DNA of 64,000 bases from Cyanobacteriota bacterium (GTDB taxonomy: Bacteria > Cyanobacteriota > Cyanobacteriia > Thermostichales > Thermostichaceae), in the NCBI GenBank assembly GCA_033764955.1, contig JANRIL010000011.1:32001-96000 (forward strand), written 5' to 3'. A program made the position numbers and the translations under genes. The stretch's first letter is position 1. Each line of letters starts with the position of its first letter. This document shows positions 1-10,313 of the stretch, piece by piece. Below the pieces are notes generated by a model. The model did not search any database, had not been told where the DNA came from, and was given only the letters and a program-made list of their open reading frames with translations.

Positions 1-1
1 A

Positions 2-343
2 GCGCTTTATGATCAATACGAAAAAGCCCTGTGCAGCAATGACATCGCCACCATGACCCACCTTTTTTGGGACTCTCCCCATGTGGTGCGGTTCGGAGCC
101 ACCGAGAATCTCTACGGCAGTGAGGAATTGGCCGCCTTTCGGCAGCATCGTCCTGCTATTCATTTGGAACGGGAGATCCTTAAACTCCAGGTGGTCAGCT
201 TTGGCGAAACCTCTGCCTCTATCACCTTAGAATTTCGCCGTGTGGTGAATGGGCAGCCTCGCTTGGGTCGGCAAAGCCAAATGTGGCAGAAATTGGCGGA
301 AGGTTGGAAAATTGTCTCGGCACATGTTTCCTTTCTGCCTTGA
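2..343 (+). CDS. AtzH/HpxZ-like (DUF3225, NTF2-like) protein, 5'-truncated by window edge
   Basis: Frame is open from base 2 (ALYDQYEKALCSND..LFWDSPHVVRFG..ENLYG..GRQSQMW..GWKIVSAHVS), matching the family pattern. Confidence 0.8.
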   Translation, partial: ALYDQYEKALCSNDIATMTHLFWDSPHVVRFGATENLYGSEELAAFRQHRPAIHLEREILKLQVVSFGETSASITLEFRRVVNGQPRLGRQSQMWQKLAEGWKIVSAHVSFLP

Positions 344-426
344 GCATGGCTGCCTAGGGTCTGCTGTTGCCCAGCTTTTGGATAGTTTTTGGGATGAGTT
401 GGCCTGCCTATCTTTTTGCATAAAAC

Positions 427-1005
427 ATGAACTCGGTTTGTTTCACCACATCTCCCCTAGTGCGCTACGCGCTGCTGGCGTTTTATCTGGCGCTCACCCT
501 GCCGTTGCCGTTTTTATTAGCCCAACAGAGGGGGTGGCTCTGGGTGAGTGGGTTAACGCTGGCGTTGGGGTTAGGTAGCTGGGTTGTGGTGGGCATCCTG
601 GAGCAACGGGTGGAGATCGACCCAGACGGGATCCGCGTTTGTCATCCCCAGTGGATCGAGGCGGTGCAGCGACGCAACTGGCAGGTCAAGTGGTCGGAGG
701 TACGACAGATCTCCTTTTCCTCCACCAGTCAGGGGGGCTTGGCCTATTATTTGCTAACCGAAAGCGGCGAGCGATGGCTGCTGCCTATGCGGGTCGGTCG
801 ATTCCGTCATTTGTTGGGGTTGGTACAAACTTATACTGGACTGGATACTCAAAGCGTTTATCCTTATGTGCAGCCGTGGATGTACCTGATGGTGGCAGGG
901 CTATCCGGTTTATTGCTGCTCTGGGATATTTTTTGGATCACGATGGTGGTGGTCAGCCACCCCCTTCCGCTTCTCGGTTTGGGATCCCCACCCCTGCTTG
1001 GATAA
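427..1005 (+). CDS. Conserved cyanobacterial membrane protein
   Basis: 192-aa ORF with 2 N-terminal and 1 C-terminal hydrophobic segments around a soluble domain (TSQGGLAYY). Confidence 0.65.
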   Translation: MNSVCFTTSPLVRYALLAFYLALTLPLPFLLAQQRGWLWVSGLTLALGLGSWVVVGILEQRVEIDPDGIRVCHPQWIEAVQRRNWQVKWSEVRQISFSSTSQGGLAYYLLTESGERWLLPMRVGRFRHLLGLVQTYTGLDTQSVYPYVQPWMYLMVAGLSGLLLLWDIFWITMVVVSHPLPLLGLGSPPLLG

Positions 1006-1010
1006 CTGGC

Positions 1011-1802
1011 ATGGATTTGCACGCTCTAGAAACCTATCGTTGCCCCAGACAGCTAAGTGAGGTGACCGCCTGGGATCCGACAACCCACTGGCTGGCGGGA
1101 GGTACCTGGCTGTTTTCCCAACCCCAGCCGCTGATCAAAGTTTTGGTGGATTTGCAGCACCTAGGCTGGTCAGGGATTGAAGTCATGGGGGAGGAAGTTT
1201 GGATTGGAGCCACTTGCCCACTGGCGAATCTGCTCACCTATCCCTGGCCTCCTGAATGGATTGGGGTGTCGGCACTCCAGGCAGCCGTCCGTTCCTTGGC
1301 CTCCTTCAAGGTCACCCGCTTGGCAACAGTGGGGGGCAATCTCTGCCTTGCTCTAACGGTCGGATCCCTAGCCCCCGTCATGATCGCTTGGCAGGCTCGC
1401 TATCAAATCCTCCACCCCAACGGAAATAGCCGATGGATCCCTGCCCTCAGCTTTCAAACCGGATCCCAGCAAACCCTCCTTGCCCCTGGCGAAGTGCTGC
1501 GGCGGGTGGCAATTCCCATCACCTCCCTCTCCTGTCCCAGCCAATTTCTGCGAATCAGCTTAGCGGCTACGGATCCCGCCGTGGTGATGGTGGTGGGATG
1601 TGCGACGGCAGAAACCTGGCGATTCGGTATGAATGCGGGGGTGGCGGTGCCGCAATCGATAGAAATCTCAGAACCCGTCCGCCATTGGGATCCGTTGCTG
1701 GATCCCTTGCCCTGGCTAGAAGACTTTCGGGCTAGTGCGGCCTACCGTCGTCACCTTACCCAGATGCTCCTCCAACAATGCCTAGACTCTCGACCTTCTT
1801 AA
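1011..1802 (+). CDS. Molybdopterin dehydrogenase FAD-binding subunit (xanthine dehydrogenase/CoxM-like)
   Basis: LAGGTWL, ATVGGNLC and DFRASAAYRR motifs; start moved to ATG 1011 (MDLHALETY). Confidence 0.85.
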   Translation: MDLHALETYRCPRQLSEVTAWDPTTHWLAGGTWLFSQPQPLIKVLVDLQHLGWSGIEVMGEEVWIGATCPLANLLTYPWPPEWIGVSALQAAVRSLASFKVTRLATVGGNLCLALTVGSLAPVMIAWQARYQILHPNGNSRWIPALSFQTGSQQTLLAPGEVLRRVAIPITSLSCPSQFLRISLAATDPAVVMVVGCATAETWRFGMNAGVAVPQSIEISEPVRHWDPLLDPLPWLEDFRASAAYRRHLTQMLLQQCLDSRPS

Positions 1803-1915
1803 GCGGGTCAGCGATATCCTGCGGGCAACCACTACTCTTGTCAGGGCTTCTGAATCCTTGGCCAGGTTGCACCAGCATCCCTAGCTCTGATGGATATGGA
1901 TCCCGGCTCAGCCAT

Positions 1916-2887
1916 CTAGTGTCGTTGGGAAGCTGGTAGCTTCACCTGATCCGCCAACCCCAGATTTTGTAAGAGCCAGATTACTCCATAGGTGGGATCC
2001 ACCTGCCACCAAGTCAGACCAATACGAGCAGAATGGGGATAGGTGTGGTGATTGCTGTGCCATCCTTCCCCGTAGGTGAGCCAAGCCACCCACCAGAGAT
2101 TGCGAGCGTGGTGGCGATCATCAGGGATCCACTGCCGTCCCCAGAGGTGAGTAGCGGAGAGATTGAGCCAGGTGACATGCCAGCCCACCACCAGTCGCAC
2201 AAACACACCGTAGACAACCCACGACCAGCCTCCCCCCCAAAACAGCAGGATACCCAACAGCAGTTGCAACGCCAGAAATCGCCGATCCAAAAACCGATAA
2301 ACGGGATCCTTGAGCAAGTCGGCGGCATAACGCTGGTTGATCTGCTGCTGTTGCTCCGGCGGATAGACATAGAGCAACCAGAGGAGATGCCCCCACCAAA
2401 ATCCCCGCTGCCAGGGGCTATGGGGATCCTGCTCTTGATCGGAAAAAGCGTGGTGGCGGCGGTGAGTGGCGGTTACAAAGATGGGTCCCCGTTGCGCTGC
2501 TAAAGCCCCGCAGACGGCCAACATATATTCCAAAAACTTAGGAACCCGCAGGCTGCGATGGCTCAGCAAGCGATGGTATCCCAAAGAAATCCCCAAACTA
2601 ATAGTGAGGAAATTAAGCACCACAGCCACCAGCAAACCTGACCAGGAAAAGTAGCGGATCCCCCCCAGCAGAGCAACTATGTGAACTGCCGCCATAAACA
2701 GGGTGGTCGGCCAGCTCAAGACAAGGGATCCCTCACCTGCCAGTGTCTCTGGTCTACTCTCCTGCCAAGATGGAACCGGATCCGCCTGTGTTTCTTGCCC
2801 AATAAAAGTCATATGCTCCTCCGAGATGGTTTGTTGGGGGCTGAACTGTCTTTTCGGTGTAGGGGAAGTACCGCTTTCAAGCTCCAC
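1916..2887 (-). CDS. desC: Delta-9 acyl-lipid desaturase (DesC family), copy 2
   Basis: His boxes HRLLSH, HRRHH, HSNHH; GEGWH motif. Confidence 0.85.
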   Translation of the reverse strand: MELESGTSPTPKRQFSPQQTISEEHMTFIGQETQADPVPSWQESRPETLAGEGSLVLSWPTTLFMAAVHIVALLGGIRYFSWSGLLVAVVLNFLTISLGISLGYHRLLSHRSLRVPKFLEYMLAVCGALAAQRGPIFVTATHRRHHAFSDQEQDPHSPWQRGFWWGHLLWLLYVYPPEQQQQINQRYAADLLKDPVYRFLDRRFLALQLLLGILLFWGGGWSWVVYGVFVRLVVGWHVTWLNLSATHLWGRQWIPDDRHHARNLWWVAWLTYGEGWHSNHHTYPHSARIGLTWWQVDPTYGVIWLLQNLGLADQVKLPASQRH

Positions 2888-3761
2888 TCAGGCGCTCGCG
2901 GCGATAGACTTTGTTGGCAACCCCCAGTTTTTCTAGTGACCAGATCACCCACCAAGAGGGATCAATCTGCCACCAAGTCAATCCAGCTTGGGCGCGACGG
3001 GGGTTGTGGTGGTGATTGTTGTGCCAGCCTTCCCCAAAGGTGAGGAGCGCGACCCAAAAATTGTTATGGGCGGTATCGGCAATCGTGTAGGGACGGGTTC
3101 CCCAGCGATGGGCGGCGGAATTGACCAACCAGGTGGTGTGCCACGTCCAAACCGTTCTGACAAAAATACCGTAGATCACCCATGACCAGCCTCCCAACAC
3201 ATACAGTCCCAATCCCAAAATCACTTGCAACAGGTTTTGCCGCCGATTCAAAAAGCGGTAGAAGGGATCCCGATCCAAGTCAGGAGCAAATTTCCGATAA
3301 AGCTCATACTCATGATGCTCAAGTTTGCGGAAAAAGATCCAGTTCATATGCGCCCACCAAAAACCTCCCTTAATGTTGTAGGGATCCTTTTCAGTATCAC
3401 AAAAGGCATGATGCATCCGATGGTTGGCCACCCAAAAAATAGGGCCATTTTGCATAGCCAGCGTTCCCATTAAAGCCATAAAGTATTCCAGCCATTTCGG
3501 AACTCGAAAGCTCCGGTGACTCAACAGACGATGAAAACACACCACAATCCCAACACAACCAAATAGCCAATGCAAAAACCCCACCAATAAAACACCCGTC
3601 CAGGAAAAATAATAAATTCCCCCGATCACAGCAATCAGATGAATTAGCGCCGCACCGATCAGACGGATCCAGTCAGGTAAGCGGGCAGAAACAGTGGATC
3701 CCGTGGCATCATTTTGCACAGGACGAAATGGTATCTCTGCGGGAACTGAAGTAGCTATCAT
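2877..3761 (-). CDS. desC: Delta-9 acyl-lipid desaturase (DesC family), copy 1
   Basis: His boxes HRLLSH, HRMHH, HNNHH; AGGAGG RBS upstream of ATG 3761 (or GTG 3764). Confidence 0.85.
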   Translation of the reverse strand: MIATSVPAEIPFRPVQNDATGSTVSARLPDWIRLIGAALIHLIAVIGGIYYFSWTGVLLVGFLHWLFGCVGIVVCFHRLLSHRSFRVPKWLEYFMALMGTLAMQNGPIFWVANHRMHHAFCDTEKDPYNIKGGFWWAHMNWIFFRKLEHHEYELYRKFAPDLDRDPFYRFLNRRQNLLQVILGLGLYVLGGWSWVIYGIFVRTVWTWHTTWLVNSAAHRWGTRPYTIADTAHNNFWVALLTFGEGWHNNHHHNPRRAQAGLTWWQIDPSWWVIWSLEKLGVANKVYRRERLSGA

Positions 3762-4032
3762 CACAAACCTCCTAAAAATGAATGCACCCAACCGGAGAAA
3801 AAGGCAACTCAAGCCCTCATCCTCAATAGGTAACTTCCAGAGAGCATAGTGGAATTTTGATCGAGGGTTTGTGATTGAGATAGGTTATGAATGTGACTCA
3901 ACTCAGAAGCCTACTCATATCAATCCCTATTTGGTCAACAGCAATAACGATCTATCTTCAACAAACTCCTGGCCGAGCTGCGCTAAGCTGCTAAAGGGAT
4001 CTATTTCTTGTAGCCTAGGCCCTAAGCTAGCG

Positions 4033-4512
4033 ATGCCGATTACCCTGAGCCTTTCGGCGGAAGCCATCCAAACCCTTGATCTATCCCCCGGACATCGCCT
4101 GGTGGAGACTCTGTTGCGGGATCCGCAGACGGCAGCTCAGCAGGTGCAATGCGTGATTGATTATCCTCGCGCCCTAGATGACCCACGGGAATTGCCGGAG
4201 ATTCCTGAGGTTCGCCTCTGGTTTATCCGCTTTGATACAGCCTATCCGTGGATGCCCTATTTTTTGAATTGGCGGCAGGGGGAGTTGGCTCGCTATGCAG
4301 CGATGTTGGTGCCCCATCAATTTAGCGCCAAAGAAGGGATCCTCTATCATCCCGAAGCCCTGGAAATTTTCGTCTACCAAAAGATTTTTGTGTTGGCTGG
4401 TTGGATGAAAACTCAAAAAATTGGGGGCATTGCTGATTTACGGAATATGGCGCTGATTTTTGGTTTTGAAATTCATGATGACTTTTTAGCCCTATGGGAG
4501 CAACCGTTTTGA
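4033..4512 (+). CDS. CRR6 family NdhI maturation factor (DUF1817)
   Basis: DPRELPEIPEVRLWFIRFD..YPW..GELARYAAMLVPHQF signature; start at MPITL. Confidence 0.85.
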   Translation: MPITLSLSAEAIQTLDLSPGHRLVETLLRDPQTAAQQVQCVIDYPRALDDPRELPEIPEVRLWFIRFDTAYPWMPYFLNWRQGELARYAAMLVPHQFSAKEGILYHPEALEIFVYQKIFVLAGWMKTQKIGGIADLRNMALIFGFEIHDDFLALWEQPF

Positions 4513-5084
4513 AAGGGTGTTTGATCGCCGGAACTTGGGATCCCGATGGAGGATCCACCGCCCAGTGGTTGGCACGAGGAATGCAGGCTTATTGGCAACA
4601 CTTTCGCCCTCCGCAGGCTCTTCACATTCTCACGATTCCAGCACGGGGGGGAGATTGGGCGACTCTCTGGCAAACCTACAGCCAACAGGTGTCAGGTGGG
4701 GCGGATCCCGTCCTGTTACTCTACCCTGGCAGCTTGGGGGATGGCCTGACCCCCCACACCACAGTGGCGGATTTGGCGCGGGACTGGCGCTCTCCGCTGA
4801 TTTTGACCCTCCCACTTGGCCGCCAGATGGTTAGCCAAGCTGTGGCTTTCGCTGCTCTGGTTCGCCATAGCCAAGCTCATCTAGTCGGGTTTGTGGTGTT
4901 TGAGGTGGAGGAGACGCCCTTTGAGGAAGCTATGGATCTAGAGAAAATGGCCAGCCAAGTGGAAACCCTCACCCAAACGCCCCTGTTGGGGTGTCTGCGG
5001 ATCCCCCATCTGGCTGAGGGAGCCGTCGCCAATGCCGATCTGGCTAGATGGGCGACTGACTTGAATTGGGAGCGATTGGGCTAA
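4494..5084 (+). CDS. Dethiobiotin synthase-like (degenerate BioD fold) protein
   Basis: C-terminal half (GSLG..TVADLARDW..LILT..QAVA..TPLLG) resembles cyanobacterial BioD, but the P-loop is not evident. Confidence 0.5.
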   Translation: MGATVLKGCLIAGTWDPDGGSTAQWLARGMQAYWQHFRPPQALHILTIPARGGDWATLWQTYSQQVSGGADPVLLLYPGSLGDGLTPHTTVADLARDWRSPLILTLPLGRQMVSQAVAFAALVRHSQAHLVGFVVFEVEETPFEEAMDLEKMASQVETLTQTPLLGCLRIPHLAEGAVANADLARWATDLNWERLG

Positions 5085-5088
5085 ACCG

Positions 5089-5745
5089 ATGGCAGGACGT
5101 TCTTGGGTGCAACAACTGCCTTTGCTGGTGGGCATTTTGGGGGCAGGGTTGTTGATGGGGAACCGCCTCTGGTTTACCCCAGAATTGCTGTTGAGCCAGT
5201 CCCGTTCTGATGCCTTGGGGATTGTTTTAAGTGCCCTCCTCATTTTGACTGGGTTGTTGTGGCAGCAGATTCAACCTGCCGATCCCGAGTCTGTGGGGTT
5301 AACCGGAGAACCTCGCCTGTGGCTCAGCCCTACCCTCACCCCCGATCAGCAGCTAGAAATAGGTTGGATCACGCAATCCCTGCTCAAGGCCACTGCTACT
5401 CGCAGTCTGGCGATTTGGTGGCAGGGATCCCTGATTGTCGAACGGGGGATTTTCCCGGCAAAAAGCGAGGGGGGGGACTGGCAACCGGGAACGATTGGGC
5501 AACGGGTTCTATCTACAGGGCGGTCGGTTTACCTGGTCGATCTGAAATTGTTTCCAGGTCGCCGCGAATTTATCCCGCTCTTCCCCGACAATATTCAAGC
5601 CTTACTTTGTCAACCGCTTGAGCAGCAAGGGATTTTGTTATTAGCCACTGACACTCCCCGCGCCCTCACCCCCCGCGATCAGGTGTGGATTGAATTGTTC
5701 GCTGAGAAACTCACCTATCTCTTGCAGACAAACAGGAAGCATTAG
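5089..5745 (+). CDS. Cofactor assembly of complex C subunit B (CCB2/CCB4 family)
   Basis: SQSRSDALG, two TM segments, YLVDLKLFPGR.EF, QALLCQP motifs. Confidence 0.8.
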   Translation: MAGRSWVQQLPLLVGILGAGLLMGNRLWFTPELLLSQSRSDALGIVLSALLILTGLLWQQIQPADPESVGLTGEPRLWLSPTLTPDQQLEIGWITQSLLKATATRSLAIWWQGSLIVERGIFPAKSEGGDWQPGTIGQRVLSTGRSVYLVDLKLFPGRREFIPLFPDNIQALLCQPLEQQGILLLATDTPRALTPRDQVWIELFAEKLTYLLQTNRKH

Positions 5746-5921
5746 GGATCCCAGAGCCGAAACCACCAACATGTCAGACCAGCAACAAATAGATCCGTAA
5801 GGATGCTCAGACGGCAACCAACTACTAGGGATGCCCTTACCAAATCGACCGATAGCAAAATCAACAGGGATCAGGTGCCAATGGCAGGCCAAAAATGTTT
5901 AAGATATATCACTAACCTATT

Positions 5922-6842
5922 TTGAGATGGAATCTTGTGGTTGCCAACTATCCTTTTTCGGAAGCCTGTGATCCCTTAAGTCGTGCCCAAATTTTGAGCG
6001 AGGCATTACCCTACATTCAACAGTTTCGCGGACGCACGATTGTCATTAAATATGGCGGGGCGGCGATGGTGCACCAAGATCGGCGGGCGGAAGTGTTGCG
6101 GGATTTGGTCTTTCTCTCCTGCGTAGGGATCCATCCGGTTTTGGTGCATGGGGGTGGGCCTGAGATCAACAGTTGGCTACAAAAGTTGGATATCCCCTTC
6201 AAGTTTGTGGATGGGCTGCGAGTCACTGATGCCGCCACAATGGAGGTGGTAGAAATGGTGCTGGTGGGCAAAGTCAACAAGCAGATTGTTCAGTTAATTA
6301 ACCTAGCGGGGGGATCCGCCGTCGGGCTGTGTGGACGGGATGGCAACTTAATTGTTGCTCGTTCGCAGGGGAGAGCCGACATTGGTTTTGTCGGAGAAGT
6401 CAGTAGTATCAACCCTGCCCTCCTGCAAACCCTAATTGCGGGTGGACATATTCCTGTTATTTCCAGTGTGGCAGCGGATGATGCGGGTCAGTCCTACAAC
6501 ATCAACGCTGATACCGTTGCAGGAGAACTAGCGGCAGCTCTGGGAGCGGAAAAATTGGTGCTGCTGACCGATACCGCAGGCATTCTGCGGGATCCCAAGG
6601 ATGCCAGCACTTTGGTTAATCTTCTGGATATCGAAACCGCCCGTCGCCTGATTGAGGAGGGGGTTGTTAAAGGGGGGATGATCCCCAAAGTGCAATGCTG
6701 CATTCGTGCCCTTGCTCAAGGGGTGAAAGCTGCCCACATTATCGATGGCGGTGCTCCCCATACCCTGTTGTTAGAAATTTTGACGGATGAAGGAGTGGGA
6801 TCCAAGCTGATTCCTTCGCAGTTTTCTCATGCGCTTAGCTGA
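5922..6842 (+). CDS. argB: Acetylglutamate kinase
   Basis: [36 protein letters not shown] motifs. Confidence 0.95.
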   Translation: MRWNLVVANYPFSEACDPLSRAQILSEALPYIQQFRGRTIVIKYGGAAMVHQDRRAEVLRDLVFLSCVGIHPVLVHGGGPEINSWLQKLDIPFKFVDGLRVTDAATMEVVEMVLVGKVNKQIVQLINLAGGSAVGLCGRDGNLIVARSQGRADIGFVGEVSSINPALLQTLIAGGHIPVISSVAADDAGQSYNINADTVAGELAAALGAEKLVLLTDTAGILRDPKDASTLVNLLDIETARRLIEEGVVKGGMIPKVQCCIRALAQGVKAAHIIDGGAPHTLLLEILTDEGVGSKLIPSQFSHALS

Positions 6843-7146
6843 CACAGCCCTTTCCAGCCTGAGTGGATAGGATAAACCCTTTTCAGGGTGGGGCTTTGGC
6901 TATTTCCTTGTGTGTCTTCCCTGCAAAGTGCTGTAAGTCTGGTCTGGAACTAAGCAGCTCACCCAATAAAATAATCACAGGGGAAGCGGCCAATTCAAGT
7001 CAAGGTTAAGGGTAGTTCTATGGAAGTAATGGGGCATTCTAGTGATTCAAGAAATTGAAGATCATGCCAATAGGGTTCGCTAGTTTTTCGGAAAAGGATA
7101 GAGTTTTTCTGACTAGTTTTCCGATCGGGAGTCTAAGCAAATTCCT

Positions 7147-8235
7147 TCAACTCGCTCCCACCAAAACAGGTTGAGGGGCTTCAGGTGTTGGGGAGGGTTC
7201 TTGCTGAAGTTGTCGGATCATCTCAGGCACTACTTGATAGAGATCCCCAACAATTCCGTAGTGGGCGAACTTAAAGATGGGAGCCGCGCTGTCTTTATTG
7301 ATGGCAATAATCAAGGCAGACTTATCCATGCCAACACGGTGCTGAATGGCTCCCGAAATGCCGCAGGCAATATAGATGCGCGGACGAACGGTTTTTCCGG
7401 TTTGCCCCACTTGATGAGCATAGGGGATCCAGCCGGAATCCACGGCTTTCCGCGAGGATCCCACGGCACTGTTGGGGAAGCAGGCGGCCAGATCGTGCAT
7501 CAAGGCAAATCCTTCCGGGGATCCCAAGCCATAGCCCCCCGACACAATCACCTCCGCTTTGCTCAGCTCGATGGATTGGGTGAGGGAACGGATCGTTTCC
7601 ACAATCTGGAGGGTGAGATCCTCTGGGTGGAAGTGAACCGGAATAGCAATGACGGAACCACGGCGGGAGGCATCAAAGGGCAGAGGAATCATCACGCCGG
7701 GACGCACGGTTGCCATCTGGGGATTTTTCCAGGGGCCGAGGATGCGCGCCTTCAGGGACTCGCCAAAACTAGGACGGATGGCATAGAGACAGTCGGGGAA
7801 CAGTCCAGATTTACTGGGATCCTTGCTGTTGCTGTATTCAAAGGAGCCAATATCGAGATCAGTGCAGTCGGCGGTCAGCCCCGTTTCCAGATAGGCGGCC
7901 AAGCGGGGGGCTAAATCCCGTCCGGTGGTGGTGGATCCCAACAAAATGGTGTGGGGTGGCTGGGCAAACGACTGAATGAGATCCGTCAAGACCCGTCGAT
8001 AGGGAAGGGTGCGATAGGTGGTGAGTTCGGGGTGATCCGCCATAAAAACTTGATCGGCTCCGTACCCAATCAGGGTTGGTGCCAGATGCTCGATTTGGGA
8101 TCCCAAGACAACTGCAGTCAAGCTAGCTCCCAACTTATCCGCTAGCAACCGACCTGCCCCCAACAACTCATAGGCAATCGGCTGGATTTCTCCCTCCACT
8201 TGCTCAGCAAAGACTAAAATCTGTTTCTCAGTCAT
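7147..8235 (-). CDS. Electron transfer flavoprotein alpha subunit (FixB-like)
   Basis: GLTADCT, QMATVRPG, QVGQTGKTVRP, GISGAIQH; start MTEKQ overlaps the beta-subunit stop. Confidence 0.92.
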   Translation of the reverse strand: MTEKQILVFAEQVEGEIQPIAYELLGAGRLLADKLGASLTAVVLGSQIEHLAPTLIGYGADQVFMADHPELTTYRTLPYRRVLTDLIQSFAQPPHTILLGSTTTGRDLAPRLAAYLETGLTADCTDLDIGSFEYSNSKDPSKSGLFPDCLYAIRPSFGESLKARILGPWKNPQMATVRPGVMIPLPFDASRRGSVIAIPVHFHPEDLTLQIVETIRSLTQSIELSKAEVIVSGGYGLGSPEGFALMHDLAACFPNSAVGSSRKAVDSGWIPYAHQVGQTGKTVRPRIYIACGISGAIQHRVGMDKSALIIAINKDSAAPIFKFAHYGIVGDLYQVVPEMIRQLQQEPSPTPEAPQPVLVGAS

Positions 8236-9053
8236 AGCCTCACCATCTCCCGTAAGCCCACCTGCTGAACCATGTCTTGCACCAAAAACTCGACGGGCTT
8301 CCCCTGCAACACCTGACAATTACCGCCGATTTCCCCCACCTTCTCGGTAGCAGCCACAATGGTTGGGGATCCCTTCAACCCACAGCGATCGGGATCCGCC
8401 CCCACATCGTCTAGGTTGATGATTTGGATGACCTGATGGCGTGCCTGCTCGTCCCGTTGCAGATGCTGCACCAATTGGCACCCCCGCAGCGTTTGATAGG
8501 CCAGACGAGGGGCGGAATTAGCCACCGTCACCAAGGCGGGCAACGGGCAGACCACCGTTTGGGATCCCCCTTCGATAGCCCGTCGCGCCACGATCTGTTG
8601 ATCCCGCCATTCAAAGGCTTCGCAGTAAGTAATCTGGGGAATTTGTAAGCGTTCAGCCAGCTGTGGCCCCACTTGGGCGGTATCGCCATCTGTCGTTTGC
8701 AATCCACAAAAGATCAGGTCAAAAGCGCCGGCAAACTGAACGGTTTTGTAGAGGGTATAGGCCGTCGCCAGGGTGTCGGAGGCGGCCAACCGACGATCTG
8801 TCATCAAAATAGCCCGATCCGCCCCGTGGGCAATCGCTTCATACAAAATCTCGATGGCCGGAGGAGGTCCCATCGTAATTGCCGTAACCGTCGCTCCGTA
8901 AAGCCGCTTGGTTTGGAGAGCTGCTTCCAGGGCATAGCGATCAAAAGGATTGAGCATCCGCTTGGCTTTGGCGCGATCGATGGTGCCATCAGCATTGATG
9001 CCGGCTTTCGACCCTTGATCGGGAACCTGTTTGATTAGCACAAAACTGTTCAA
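8232..9053 (-). CDS. Electron transfer flavoprotein beta subunit (FixA-like)
   Basis: IKQVPD, NPFD, DTLAT, DGDTAQVGP, GLKGSPT motifs. Confidence 0.92.
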   Translation of the reverse strand: MNSFVLIKQVPDQGSKAGINADGTIDRAKAKRMLNPFDRYALEAALQTKRLYGATVTAITMGPPPAIEILYEAIAHGADRAILMTDRRLAASDTLATAYTLYKTVQFAGAFDLIFCGLQTTDGDTAQVGPQLAERLQIPQITYCEAFEWRDQQIVARRAIEGGSQTVVCPLPALVTVANSAPRLAYQTLRGCQLVQHLQRDEQARHQVIQIINLDDVGADPDRCGLKGSPTIVAATEKVGEIGGNCQVLQGKPVEFLVQDMVQQVGLREMVRL

Positions 9054-9179
9054 GGCAGCCGTAAAACCCCCCTGCGAGTAGCATTGCTTTAGGCTAAAAG
9101 GGATCCCTGATGAGGCAGGAGATCTTTACCATGTCTATAGATTTGCTAGGGTTGTGGGCAAACAGGGATCCCCCCCTGT

Positions 9180-10313
9180 TCAAGGGAGCGCGGTGAACCA
9201 TTGCCGGAGGGCTTCCACAATCCGCTGACTGGCTTGTCCATCTCCAAAGGGATTTTCAGCATGAGCCATCTGGGCATAGGCTACTGGATTTCCCAATAAC
9301 TCCGCCGCTGCCGCCACAATCCCATCGGGATCCGTTCCCACCAGGCGAGCCGTGCCTGCCGCCACCGCCTCCGGACGCTCGGTGGTTTGGCGCAACACCA
9401 AGACCGGTTTTCCTAGGGCAGGGGCTTCCTCTTGAATGCCTCCCGAATCACTCAAAATCAGCGTGCAGTGCTGCATCGCTGCCACCCAGAGATGATAATC
9501 CAACGGCTCACTTAAAAAGACGCGGGGATGGGATCCCAAGCTGGTCTGCAAGGGTTGGCGCACAATGGCATTGCGGTGCAGGGGTAACAGCAGCGCCGTA
9601 TCGGGGAACTGCTCCAAGATTCGCAACAGCGCCTTGGCAATATCCTGAATCGGGGATCCCCAATTTTCGCGGCGATGCACTGTTACCAACAGAACCCGCT
9701 GCTTCCCCCAGTCCAGTTCGGGGATGGGACAGGGGATGCCTTTTTGAGCTACCTGCATCAGGGCATCGATCACCGTATTGCCCGTCTTGATAATCTGACC
9801 CACTACATCACTCCGGCTGAGATTCGTGACTGCCTCCTGGGTTGGGGCAAAATGCAGACTAGCCAGTTGAGAAATCAGACGGCGATTGGCCTCTTCGGGA
9901 TACGGATTAAACAGATCATGGGTACGCAAACCCGCCTCCACATGCGCCACGGCAATTTTTTGATAAAACGCGGCCAATGTGGCGGCAAAAGCTGTTGTGG
10001 TATCCCCCTGCACCATCACCAGATGCGGTTGAGCCTCCAGAAAATAGGTTTCCAATCCCCGTAAACTGCGCTCGGTGATATCCGTGAGGGTTTGTCCCGC
10101 CTGCATGATGTTGAGATCCCGATCGGCGCAGATGCCAAACAAGGCCATCACCTGATCCACCATCTCGCGGTGTTGTCCCGTCAAAACCACCTCGACCCGC
10201 CAGTCCGTCACCGCCTGAAGCGCCAGAATGACCGGAGCCAACTTGATGGCCTCAGGCCGTGTGCCCAAGATCACTGTGATGTGTGGGATAAAACGGAGTG
10301 GAGGGATCCCCAT
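9180..10313 (-). CDS. wecB: UDP-N-acetylglucosamine 2-epimerase (non-hydrolysing)
   Basis: GTRPEAIK, QGDTTT, HVEAGLR, DSGGIQEEAP, TERPE motifs. Confidence 0.95.
   Translation of the reverse strand: MGIPPLRFIPHITVILGTRPEAIKLAPVILALQAVTDWRVEVVLTGQHREMVDQVMALFGICADRDLNIMQAGQTLTDITERSLRGLETYFLEAQPHLVMVQGDTTTAFAATLAAFYQKIAVAHVEAGLRTHDLFNPYPEEANRRLISQLASLHFAPTQEAVTNLSRSDVVGQIIKTGNTVIDALMQVAQKGIPCPIPELDWGKQRVLLVTVHRRENWGSPIQDIAKALLRILEQFPDTALLLPLHRNAIVRQPLQTSLGSHPRVFLSEPLDYHLWVAAMQHCTLILSDSGGIQEEAPALGKPVLVLRQTTERPEAVAAGTARLVGTDPDGIVAAAAELLGNPVAYAQMAHAENPFGDGQASQRIVEALRQWFTALP

Noticed and set aside
639..1010. N-terminal extension of the 387-aa ORF
   Set aside because: Overlaps the upstream membrane-protein gene; homology begins at ATG 1011
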